The position numbers and the translations under genes are program-made. Shown piece by piece: positions 1 to 11,722 of a DNA stretch of 64,000 bases (positions are counted from its first letter, which is position 1; every line of letters starts with the position of its first letter). The stretch is from Asterias rubens (taxonomy: Eukaryota). The stretch covers positions 7,812,001 through 7,876,000 of the forward strand of contig NC_047063.1 of the NCBI RefSeq assembly GCF_902459465.1, read 5' to 3'. The notes beneath the pieces were generated by a model. It saw only the letters and a program-made list of their open reading frames with translations. It had not been told where the DNA came from and did not search any database.

Positions 1-17
1 AAATGTGTCCAGAGCCT

Positions 18-400
18 TTAAAGACACTGGACACTATTGATAATTGTCAAAGACCAGTTTTCGCACTTGGTGTATCTCAACATGCATAATAACAAACTCG
101 TGAAAATTTGAGCTCTTGGTCGTCGAAGTTGCGAGATAATAATGAAAGAAGAAGAAGAAACCTTGTCACACAAAGTTGGGAGTTTTCAGATGCTTGATTT
201 CAAGACCTCAAAATCTAATTCTGAGGTCTCGAAATCAAATTCGAGGAAAATTACTTCTTTGTCGAAAACTACGTTACTTCAGAGGGAGCCATTTTTCACA
301 ATGTTTTATACTATCAACTGTTCTCCATTACTTGTTACAAAGTAAGGTTTTATGCTAATAATTATTTTGAGTAAATACCAATAGTGTTCAGTGCCTTTAA
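18..400 (+). mobile_element. Kolobok/T2-like MITE family 1, full copy
   Basis: TTAA at both ends, TIR AG(A/G)CA(C/G)TGGACACTATTG(G)TAATT. Shares its left TTAA with the end of a preceding copy (1-21). Confidence 0.9.
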
Positions 401-969
401 TATAAATATGATTAAAACAATCGAACGGTTTTTTTTTAAACCATAGGTGTCCAGTGCCTTTAAGAATAACTATGACGTGCCGTAACTTAAGATCTCGACC
501 AATTTCAAGTGCTAAGACAAACAACAGAAACCCCGATCTTGAAAAGCCTAGCATTCAGCGATTTGATATAATCATTGCGTGTCGTATAAGGGTCACTTTA
601 TCAAACTGTCTGTCAATTCCTAAATCTCCTTTTACTCAGAATTACGGCAGCTACCGGACACAAACTCATGGGACTGTAATTTCCCAAATAAAGATGAAAC
701 ATGATCTTCGTGGTGAGAGGCAACCTAAAATGTTGTCACATTCATGACGTGGTAACGTGAGGTGAGGACTGATGGACAGAAGTGGAACATCTGATGCGCA
801 TTCAACCCGACCAGTGCATGATTATGATGAAAGAAGAATGCTTTATTTTGTAATGTTGGTCTTCTCCTGTATTTTTCTTATTATTCAACCCTTGGTTGCG
901 CATGGCAAATTTGTTTTTAAATAATAAATCATTAACGAATGAATTCATAAACAGACTCGTTATTTTTAT

Positions 970-970
970 T

Positions 971-1037
<67 letters not shown>

Positions 1038-1038
1038 T
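970..1038. repeat. (TTTA)n microsatellite
   Basis: About 17 direct units. Confidence 0.97.
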
Positions 1039-1984
1039 TATTATTTTTTAGGGGGGAACTAATGCAATTTCAACCAACAAAAGAGGATGAATTTTCCATT
1101 CAATGTTTAATTAAAAAGCATTGCGAAAAAGAAAGAAAAAAATACAATCTTTGTGTTTTTGAGATCAGGTTGGCTGAGTGGTGTCTTTCATAGAGTTGAT
1201 TAAACAGAAAGTGATACTTAACAAATGTCTGCTAAGCAGCATAACTGGTCACATATTGTACATTATGACACGGTGTTTTGGCTGGTGAGTTCTGATAAGC
1301 ATAACTATGATGTGCCTAGCTACTGTCATTGGCCCTGCATGGTTTCTCGTCTAATCCTTGCATTCCTCGCCCAAACCTGATTCCTGGCTTTGCGCTGGTG
1401 TCAGCTCTAGCCGTGTTCTCACATTTAAAATGTTAATTAGTGTATTTGTTCAGTTTACTTGTGCAGTCAGACAATCTATCTCCTGTTATTTTCCATTAAA
1501 CAAAGCTAAATTAATTAGAATAGAAATCGATTTTTTCTAATTTTGGGCAGTTAATAATCTAAATGTTGATTTTGGTTAAACTTCTGCATACATTTGTTTT
1601 CACGACGGACAAACGACAAAAAAGCTAGAGTTCCGGTTCGTTCTTGAATCACGTTTACACTCGTTACCAATGAATACATTGCGAGTTATTTTTATCTCAA
1701 AGGACTTGGCAAATAAGCTTCCATTGAGCAAATTATTGATATAAGGAAGTTCTTTCAATGTATGTATGCGATTTAAGATTTTTAGGAATATAAATAAACA
1801 CATGGTAATCAAACAGCAGTTGAAATCTGCGTTGACTGATACATGCAGGACATTGGAACAATCTTATTGTATGGATTGAGTACTGGTAAATGCAATGATG
1901 CCCACAATTTGATTCGAAGATAAGTTGGTTTGATATGGAAATTTGACATTCACATTGGTAGGGTAATGCGAATATCAATCTTGA

Positions 1985-2720
1985 TGTTTTCAGGGGACAT
2001 TAGGCATTCACATAGGTTTGTACAGCGAATATAATTTGTATATATATTGGACATTGGACAATCAAACAGGTTTGTACAGTGAATGTATACCTTGTACATT
2101 ACATCGACTAATAAATATTATACACATATTTACTGCAAGAGGGTTTGTGAGGTGGGGGGATACGGTAATGCCTGCAACGGTGTTAAGAAAATCAAGAGTG
2201 TTTCGAGATCTAATAACGGCCTCAAGAAATATACTTGATATCTTTATATTGGATATTAGACATTGGTAGAGCTAATATCAATTTTTTTTATATTTTGGAC
2301 ATTGGACATAGGTGTGTACAGTGAATGTGTACCTTAATCATCGATAACGGACTGGACATTCAAATAGGTTTGTGCAGTGAATGTCTACCTGGTACATCGA
2401 TCAGTAATAACTATACACATGTTTACTGCAAAAGGGTTTGTGCGATGGGGACAGATTAGACACGGCAACAGTGTTGAATTTAGAGACAGAGAAACACAGA
2501 TCATAACATTCTTGGATTTCTGACCTGGTCGGCCATTAATCTTCACCAAGTCCTCAGGCAGGATTTGATGTCTCCTCTACTGCTCGACCTGAGGTGTTCA
2601 AATGAGAAGAGAGAACAAGGAGCAGCAAGCCCGGCGAGGCATACAGACCGCCTCCCACACCACTTAACATCAAAAGTGTTTCGAGATCTAATAACGGTCT
2701 CGAGAAATATACTTGATATG
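1985..2720. repeat. Local duplication of a ~300-bp unit, second copy interrupted by ~190 bp
   Basis: GGTTTGT(A/G)CAGTGAATGT...TTTACTGCAA.AGGGTTTGTG and AGTGTTTCGAGATCTAATAACGG each occur twice. Confidence 0.8.
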
Positions 2721-4728
2721 ATGGAGGCATGAAACTTAGCCCGAGAGAGTGCCGAGTGACTCCGTAGTTGAGGCTGCAGGAGGAATTAGGTCGTGCTTTG
2801 TTACACAGGGGGGATGGCTAATGGACGAGAGCAGAAAATAATGTCAAACAGATTTTAATTTTTGAGTAACAACCGTTCAGAGGTAATCTACTTTGTATTG
2901 AGACGCACAAACAGATATAGTCTGGTGAGGAACTATGGCATGTCTGTATGGTGACGGGCTGGTTAGAGAACAGAAATGGTGGTAAATAGACTTTCATCAT
3001 GCTGACTCCATATTGGTCATGTTCCTCGTATCGAACATATAATTAATGTTAATAATAAGTTTGAAAATACGAAACCAGACTATTTTGTTCTTCCAGGGTC
3101 GGTTTGGTAACACTGATATCAATGGGGGAAAATCAAGATGGCTGCACCGTGATAGAGGTCTATAGCATGATGAACTCCACTTTGAGGAAAGGGGGGGGGG
3201 GCTGAGGTGTCTGCGGTCTAGTTTACTCATCCCATGCAGTGTTACGGTCATAGCAACGCTATAAAATGGAACTCGTACAGTAGGCACGAAATCGGCCGTT
3301 GAGCAGCTTTTTAAAATTGGGTCCTAATAAGAGAAACCAGGTCGGACAAACTGGTGGCAAATTTAACATTAAAATGCATTTCTTATAATGTCCCTTCCTT
3401 TAGACTTACAATTTTACGGTATGGTTGTTGGCAGGGCAGGTCATATCCAGTATTTGTGCTCACAACGTATACACAATGACTTAGCAATCTGTAATTGAGA
3501 TGGATATCTTAAATAATCCAGGATGCATTCATTGTCAGCCAGCACGGTACGTGCCTGACTTTGATACAAGATCCCAAGTTATACAAATCGCCATCGGTTC
3601 GCTTCCATTTCTTACTGTGTCTCACATTGATTATTTGTCATGAGGGGGAAGGCATGGTCACGGAGGATACGCCGCCCGAACGTGCCCTTGCATTTTTGGC
3701 GGCACAAAAGTCACCATTTTGTTGTTTGCGATGCATGCTGCAAAGAAGCCATACAGTGCTGTATTTTGTGTCTGATCACGGTTTCCGTTTGCCTCATGCT
3801 CTAAAAGGCACTGAACACATTTTGAAATTGTCAAAGAAATAATCCCACTTGGTGTATCCCATTATATGCATACAAAAAAAAAAAAAAATATTCTGTGCAC
3901 ATTTTGACTCAAAGACATTGGCAAAAAGCATTGCCACAAAGACAAAGACAAAGACAAATTTATCAGAGCTGAATTTGACCCTTGGAAATCGTGCGGTTAT
4001 AAGGCAGGGTCGTTTATCGCAAGACCACGACCCGAGTGCAGGTTTTAAACGAAGTACTTAATATCTCACTCATTGTTCTCATTCATTAGACGGGAAACTG
4101 TAAAAGTTAATATGATTAATAAGGAACACAAACGAAGACGTCTGATAAAAACATGGATCATGCACAAGGCTCGATCCCAAAGCGCTCAGATCCGGAAACG
4201 GTTAGAACACAGTAATTCTATTATAACACAAAGCGATCAGAATCAAATTATACAATATCGACTGACACAAACATGACAGCTACGTTAGTTTAATATTGAA
4301 TATTTGTCACTCAGATGTGGATGTCCAATATCCAATATCGATGTACAAGGTAATTCACATTATCCAATATCGAAGAAAGAAACCATCAATATTCGCTGTA
4401 TAATCATAATGTGAATGTCCAATATTCAATCTTCACTGTCATTTATACACACAACCTATGTTTCGACCTCCCTATAACAAACAGTTCAATCGGAATAAGA
4501 AGCACTTGTGCTGGCGTTGCATCCATCCGTAGTGCTTTTAGGAATCGAGAATGTATACAAAATATGCAAAATAAGTGATGGCATAGCCAAAAGCGAAGTC
4601 TATAAATTTAGATCTTTTAAGACAGTTGTATGCAGGAGATAGGTTTAATCAATGCCCGGTAATGCAAATATTTATGACAGGAGGACCTGCAGGGAGTTTC
4701 TGTGAGTGATGGTCAAGTATGCTCTGAT

Positions 4729-4856
4729 TTAAAGGCACTAGACACTTTTGGTAATAATTGTCAATGAACAGTATTCCCACTTGGTGCATCCCAACACACA
4801 AAAAATAACAAATGTGAATTTTTTTACTCAGTTATAGTCATCGAAGTTGCAAGAAC
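4729..4856 (+). mobile_element. MITE family 1, 5' fragment (similar fragments at 3803-3880, 6656-6745, 11467-11550)
   Basis: TTAA-AGGCACT.GACAC TIR plus the following internal sequence, truncated. Confidence 0.75.
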
Positions 4857-5224
4857 GAACTGATCAATTGTTTGCAGGGAGTTAAGTTTTGTGGTGTAAT
4901 GTAGATGGGCGGTCTAGTTTACCAAACCTAAGATCTGTTGTCAGTAGCAGGGTGTGGTTCGAATCCCGGTCATGACACTAACTTGTGTCATTGAGCAAGG
5001 CACTTGACCATAATTGCTTTGTAAATAGTTAGGGACCCACGACCTTTGCAATTCTAGAGCAGTGTTCTACCAACTATACATTTTTTCACATTGGTGAGAA
5101 AACTGAACATCATCGAACGCATTGACTATTCGCGTGTACAGTCATCCAACACTGAAAGCTTAATCCACTTGAAGCCGTGCATGAAACGCCACCTTCTCGT
5201 CTCCATTCCCTCGATACTAAGATC

Positions 5225-5611
5225 TTAAAGGCCCTGGACACCGTTGGTGATTACTCAAAATAATTGTTAGCATTAAAACCTACTTGGTAAAGAGCAATGG
5301 AGATCTGTTGATATGTATAAAACATTGTGAGAAACGGCTCCCTCTGAAGCAACGTAGTTTTTAATAAAAATAGGGTAATTTCTCACTCAAGTAATAAAAG
5401 ATTTCAGGCATGAAGCCCTTTTTCAGTCATCTGTATAAGCACATCAATTTTATGCAACAATGATGTTTTCTGTTATTCTTTTCTTGTTCCTTCGATGACC
5501 AATTGAGCCAAAATACCCACAGGGTTGTTGGTCTATTATGCATATGTTGGGATACACCAAGTTATAATTAACCGGTCTTTGACGATGACCAAAGGTGTCA
5601 AGTGCCTTTAA
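5225..5611 (-). mobile_element. MITE family 1, full copy (subtype B)
   Basis: TTAA ends and TIRs. Centre is TTCAGGCATGAAG. Confidence 0.85.
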
Positions 5612-6218
5612 ATTACTAAGCAGAGTGACCCAGATACGGAGTGAAGAATCTTACCGGGTTACATCAAATCAACATCTAGGTAAGTACTTTTAACGCCGTC
5701 GATTTATCCTGCGTGATGTAATACGAGGTAGACATTAATGCTGACATGGTGGGTGTATGCCTTAAGCCTGATGATGTGTTATTAAGATGGTCAGTGAATT
5801 AGAGTCAAACTCCAGTTGAATAAGTCAACTAAACTGTACACCTCTGGGCAAGATGACACCATCAAGATGGAAAGGGAAAATGTTAAAGGAATAGTCACAA
5901 ATATCCGGATTAAGCAATTTCAACTTTATGAGAGATATGAAATAGACAACCCATTTTCAACCTTAAAAGATATTGTGTACAAAATCTACATCAATGTCCT
6001 GTATTATAATGTGTTTTCGGTTTTCTGGCTGCAGACCGGTAGGGTGGCGGGTTAAACGCTCAATGTTGGGTTTTATAGGAAAACCACCATTCCCAACATT
6101 ACAACATTAGGCCTATAATATAAGATTACTTATCAATAGTGAGATTAATTGAGGGATGATCTGAATTCCCTTTGTAATTTACTACAAACAAACCAAAAAC
6201 ATAAACTTATTGACTCAC

Positions 6219-6319
6219 AAAATAAGAGAACGCCACTAAAATCGGCAAGAAGATGCACTTAACACTGTTCGGATCTGTCAGCCAGACACCATGTGCGATT
6301 ATGCATCGAGTCTGAAAGC
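6219..6319 (-). CDS. Candidate exon with a hydrophobic segment (GFQTRCIIAHGVWLTDPNSVKCIFLPILVAFSYF)
   Basis: Donor TTT|gtgagt. The acceptor gctggcag is weak, but the phase-1 start is compatible with the 14834 exon. No family recognised. Confidence 0.3.
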
Positions 6320-7599
6320 CTGCCAGCACGACGACAATATTATTTCTATATCCTATCACTCGCTCCCCTATAAGTACAAGGAAGAAAACCATGTGAAGCC
6401 CCCCCCCCCCCCCCCCCGCCCCCGAAAAAAAGGTAAGAGGCAAGATTTTGCATCTTCTTCTTGTCTTTTGGTTTGAGACTTTAATTCCGGAGACAGCGCC
6501 CGGTCACGATGAGCAAATCCACGGCGTGACTTTTGGCGAGGCGTCGGGGAGAAATTATGCGCCATTGCCGTGGAACTGATAACCACCTAGTGGTGATTGA
6601 ACGGAGATGATGTAAGTTGTGTGCGCTTTATGAGATATGTTGCCGTGCCAGCTTTTTAAAGGCACTGGACACCCAGTCAAAGACCAGTATTCTTACTTGA
6701 TGTATACCAGCACAATGCACAAAATAACACACCCGTGATAATTTGGACTACCCAGTCAATCGGACTCGAACCTCCGTCCACAAAGTGATGCACTATCACA
6801 TCGAAACCAAGACCAATAAAATCACAAATTGGTACATCCTGGCAAACTTCGAAAGCAAGTCATTTAAAACGATGAGTTTCACTTGGAGATTTGATACAAT
6901 CTCTCCCTTTGCTTTACGAGTATCTTAATGGTCATCATCATTTTCGGCCGGACCATAATGCTTGTAAATTGCCCGTTGGCAGACAGTATTCAACCGGGTA
7001 ATGGCAACCAGGTTCGTGGAAAGTGCAGTGCATTGTTTAATGGGGTTGTTTGCTCCCCTTTTTCACCGTTACATGTGGTTGAAATGTGTCGACTGTTAAA
7101 AGTTCAGTTCAGTGCCAATGCAATTTCTTTGAGCCAATAAGTCTTGAAGACTTACTTTAATTATGGTGGTTAAATTTTAAAAACTTTATCTTGTATTTAT
7201 GATTTATCTAATTTATTGATGATTGTTTTAGTGCCAAGGACACCCAGAAAAAAATCTAACTTTAATCACAATACAGAACCGCATTGAGAGAAGACAAGGA
7301 CGGAAGTTTCGGTTTTAATTGTGGGTGGGAAAACCCATGAGAATTATTCCAGGAGAAAACCCACGCAGTCGGGTAAGGACTGAAAACCCAATCCAAATAA
7401 TAAATAAATAAATAGATAATATTAATAAATAAATACATACAAATATAACCAGAAAATCCAAGAAAGTGTAGAAATCCAAATTTAAATGTCATCACAGCTA
7501 ACCTTTACAAAAGGTCATCAATCAATCACAAACAACAGAGCTTGCATCAATCAAAATGGAGGACGGTTTAATACAACACTCAAGTCAAACAAGAACACA

Positions 7600-7860
7600 T
7601 AATCTCTAACCTAAAAGGTCTCCACTGGCCCCTGGTACCAAAACGAATTGAGTACAAGGTCCCAACACTTGTCTTTAAAGCCCATCACGACTAGACACCC
7701 ACCTACATCAATTACCTTATAATCAAATAAGACACTGTCATCCTCGCCGTTCTGCTGCCTCATGGAACAAGCTACCCAACAACATCAGAAACATGCACTC
7801 TCTCAACACATATTAAAAGTCAAATCAAGAAACCTCTGTTTACTGCTGTGTTTCAACATT
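7600..7860 (+). mobile_element. L2/CR1-group LINE 3' fragment
   Basis: Translates to LKGLHWPLVPKRIEYKVPTLVFKAHH..PTYI and WNKLPNNIRNMHSL, the LHWLP-RI-K and WNxLP motifs of the L2 ORF2 C-terminus. Confidence 0.8.
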
Positions 7861-9421
7861 TCAGTTTTGGTGTTATTGGTATATGAGTTTTCTTATCTGT
7901 TATAGCATCTTTTCGTTAGCGGCTTGAGTAACTTTTGTTTATTAGAGGGTGCGCTTTATAAGTTTGTATTATATCCGGCAATCGATTTGCTAAGAGTTGC
8001 TTTGAGTTAAAAAAATAAAAATGGTTTAATGGTTGCATTTGTGACAAAATGTTCATGTTTTTATGATCTTTAATTATCTGTGTATTCAATTGGAGTAAAA
8101 GGCTGCTCAAATCACTTAGTACAAACGAAGTATACTTGTCGTACGTGGTCAAAATTTGTTTTATCTTTGAATTGTGGTCATTTTTTACTCTTCCAGCAAG
8201 CCACATATACACTCATGTGAAAATACAGAGAGTACATATCCAAGGACAACATGCACAACTTCAAGAAACCACTCTGACGCGAATATTCTTATATACTTCC
8301 TTCACTTTCAATCACGGGAAGGAAGCTTTACTGATGCGATACTGATACAACACAAAGTGGTAATAATTGACACCTCTCATCTACTCATCTTGTCCATGTC
8401 TGTTTCTGTTATCTTCATCTTAAACATTGACAATTCTAACCTTGCGTGAAGGGGGGGGTTGACATTTTACCCGTCGTAGACTGAGCAGAAATTCAATTAA
8501 ACGTGCGTGCATTGATTTTTGTTCTTTTTTTTCTTTTCTTTTTTGCCGTGCGTTGTTTCTTTCTGTATTTAATGACACATCCCTGAATAAGCCTTTTTGA
8601 GGTATGGCGGACGTGATAGGAGTGTACTGTTTGGTTTGGTCGTGTACACACAAATTTACCCAAACCTTATAGTGTTGTAGCATTGTGTCCGCCATATCTC
8701 AAAAAGGCTTGCAAACGACACTTGTATAATCTGTGTTAGTCTTTAATGTGGACACATGATGGGAAAGCACTAATGGCACAAACAACTTTTGCTTAAAAGC
8801 CTCCAACATTTTTCGGGAGTACAATGCATTTCAAAAAACATTCCACTTCGAAGCAAGGTGGTAACGTAAGATTATACTAGGTGTTTAAGTGCCAAAATTA
8901 TTCTCACAAGTGTTACGGTCACTAGCGTTTCTCAGATTGTGTATTCCTTTTATGGGATAGTTCTTCCTGCGTGAACATATTCTATAGCTTCGGATTTTCG
9001 GTGAAACCTCAAAAACGCGACCATGAATTTTGTACATAATTGGTTTTAATTAATAGAATTAAAACAACCAATGGTTTCCAAAAAACAAAAGGTACACTTT
9101 GGCATTGATTTCTCCCGCTTGCAATATTAATATCTGAAGGAAAGCTGATATTTTCAAACAAACACACTATACCAGAGTGATATACATTTCAGTTTCGGTG
9201 TTACAGCAGAAAACACAGGGAAAATACCAAATTGCAGTTCGCGTGTGTGAGCGAGTTCGAGTTTGTCATAACATTACATAAAGTTGGTTTGTGTCATTTT
9301 TTCATGGGCTAAGCAAAAGCTTCAACATTTTAAGCACATCTCTTGAACGAATCCAATTCAACTCGTGGCAGTAACAAGTGTCTGAGCTTTATAAGCTTAA
9401 CAGACAATGTACAATCAACAT

Positions 9422-9824
9422 TTAAAGGCACTGGAAACTTTTGGTTCTCAAAAACTATGTTTTACTCAAAATAATTATTAGCATAAACCTTACTTGGTAA
9501 CGAGTAATGTAATGGAGAGAGACTAAGAGTGTAAACAAATTGTGAGAAAGGACTCCCTCTGAAGTAACGTAGTTTGTGAGAAAGAAGTGATTTCTCACTC
9601 AAATATTTGAATTTAATTTCGAGACCTCGGAGTTAGATTTTGAGGTCTCAAAATCAAGCATCTGAAAGCCACAACTTGTGCACCATGTGCTTTTTTCCCC
9701 GTTATTTTCTCGACGACCAATTTAGTTCAAATTTTCACATGTTGGTTAATTTATGCATATGTTGAAATACACCAAGTGAGAAGACTGGTCTTTGACAATT
9801 ACCAATAGAGTCCAATGCCTTTAA
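9422..9824 (-). mobile_element. MITE family 1, full copy (subtype A)
   Basis: TTAA ends and TIRs. Central GAGACCTC...GAGGTCTC hairpin. Confidence 0.88.
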
Positions 9825-10171
9825 AAAGCTAGTTCGATCATATCACTGCGAGTATATATAAAAGGTCATTTTGAGCCTAAACAGGGGCGAGATCTGGCAT
9901 ATAAACTGTTAGTGAAAACATCACCTGACCGATTCGACAAAAAAACATTCATTATGATAATTATGTGTCTCAGATTCATGTTTTCAAAAAGCTTGATTTT
10001 TGAGTACGTAATCATCTAAAAGGTTATACAAAACACGTGTTGTCTGAATACTTCAGGCCAAGGGTGTTCTGTGACATTTCATCTGAAAAGAGGAATTACA
10101 TTTTGCATCGTTTCATTCAGTCCATCTAGTTACAGATGGTTCGAGGTTATACAGGCTTATTTACGGGCATA

Positions 10172-10557
10172 TTAAAAACATTGGGCACTATTGGTAATTG
10201 TCTAAGACCAGTCTTCTCACTTGCTGTATCTCAACATATGCATAAAATAACAAACCTGTGAAAATTTGAGCTCGATTGGTCGTCGGAGTTGCGAGATAAC
10301 TAAGAAAGAAAAAAACACCCTTGAAACACGAAGTTGTGTGCTTTCAGATGGTTGATTTCAAGACCTCAAATTCTAAACTAAAGGTCTCGAAATCAAGTTC
10401 GTGGAAAATTACTTCTTTCTCGAAAACTACGTCACTTCAGGGGAGCTGTTTCTCACAATGTTTTATACTATCAACCTCTCCCCATTACTCGTTACTAAGT
10501 GAGGTTTTATGCTGATAATTATTTTGAGTAATTACCAATAGTGTCCACTGCCTTTAA
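10172..10557 (+). mobile_element. MITE family 1, full copy (subtype A)
   Basis: TTAA ends. The right TTAA is shared with the next copy. Confidence 0.88.
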
Positions 10558-10929
10558 AGGCACTCAACACAAATACTCAACATGTATTATCAGCACAAAA
10601 AATGAATTGGTAATGAGCAGCGGAGAGCTGTTGAGAGTATATACATTGTGAGAAAGGACTCCCTATAAAGTAACATAATTTTGAGAAAGAGGTAATCTCT
10701 CACCAAAATATTTCAATCTGAGAAACACTTCAGGCCTGAAGCCTTTTTTGGGGGGCATCTGAAAGCACACAAACCTGTGCAACAAGGGTGATATTCTGTC
10801 ATTATTTTCTTGCAACTTCTATGACCAATTTAGACACAACATTTTCACAGATTTCTTATTTTATCCATGAGATACACCAGGTGAGAATACTGGTCTTTGA
10901 CAATTACCAAACCTGTCCAGTGCCTTTAA
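10554..10929 (-). mobile_element. MITE family 1, full copy (subtype B)
   Basis: TTAA shared on both sides. Central palindrome CTTCAGGCCTGAAG at 10728-10741. Confidence 0.85.
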
Positions 10930-11137
10930 AGTGTGTACATTGTTGTGCAAGTTTTTACTCAGTTGGTCATCTAAGTCTTTTAATATTTGAGTGGGAAGAT
11001 ACCTCTTACTCAAAACTACATTACTTCAGAAGGAGCCGTTTCTAACAATGTGTCATACTATCAACAGCTCGTTATCGAAAAAGTGGGTTTGCTATCAATC
11101 ATTTTGGGTCATTACTAAAAGTGTCCAGTGCCTTTAA
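10926..11137 (+). mobile_element. MITE family 1, degenerate deleted copy
   Basis: The 3' half and right TIR GTGTCCAGTGCCTTTAA are recognisable. Confidence 0.7.
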
Positions 11138-11659
11138 TCAGAGGTCGGAAGACATGATGAACCTAAAAGGAGGAACGATGCAACGAATGAAGACAATTAT
11201 TAGAAGGGGGCGAGGATGTGGAGGAAATGGAACAAGACGATGATTGACCTAGAAAAGGAAAAGAAGAAGAGTCAGACGATGAGAAAGAAGAAACAGGATG
11301 AGGAAACCAAAAGGCAAGACAGGAGAGCAAGAGGTTTTTTTTCCGGAAACAAGTTAATCAATAATCCGGAGATCACTATATCCTGGCGATTGCATTACAC
11401 TGGTTGCTCAGGAAGTGGGCGAAAAACACATTGAAATGGTCTGCAAAATGTTTTCCTCGTGTTTTCTTAAGGCACTTGACACCTTTAGTAATTGTCAAAG
11501 ACCAGTATTATCTCATGGTGCATCCAAACATTATGCATAAACTTAAAAAAGAAAAAACATATTGTTTTACTACCGCAGAGTGTATTTTTCGGACTTCGGT
11601 AGATTTCCAAGCTTTGAAAAGTACTGTCTCTGCTGTTGTGTTAAAAAAAAATGGGCTTA

Positions 11660-11722
11660 TTGATTGTTTGTTTGCTTGTTTGTTTGTTAGTTTGTTTTTG
11701 TTTGTTTGTTTGTTTTTTGGTT
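11660..11722. repeat. (TTTG)n microsatellite
   Basis: Imperfect direct units. Confidence 0.9.

Noticed and set aside
142-358. Recurrent ORFs such as MKEEEETLSHKVG..., MRDNNERRKHP... and MSSIGRRSCE... (also at 10321, 16362, 27967, 48959, 59272, 63376)
   Set aside because: They are chance frames through the non-coding MITE. Starts, stops and frames differ between copies, and there is no transposase motif.
838-924. Short plus ORF MLYFVMLVFSCIFLIIQPLVAHG resembling a signal peptide
   Set aside because: T-rich sequence, no GT donor, and no supporting exons.
4891-5020. tRNA-like sequences with GGTTCGAATCC (also 29392 and 42771)
   Set aside because: No complete cloverleaf. Each continues into a SINE body.
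6291-6476. Plus ORF with polyproline and an AG|gtaag donor
   Set aside because: The polyproline derives from a C17 homopolymer, and no partner exons were found.
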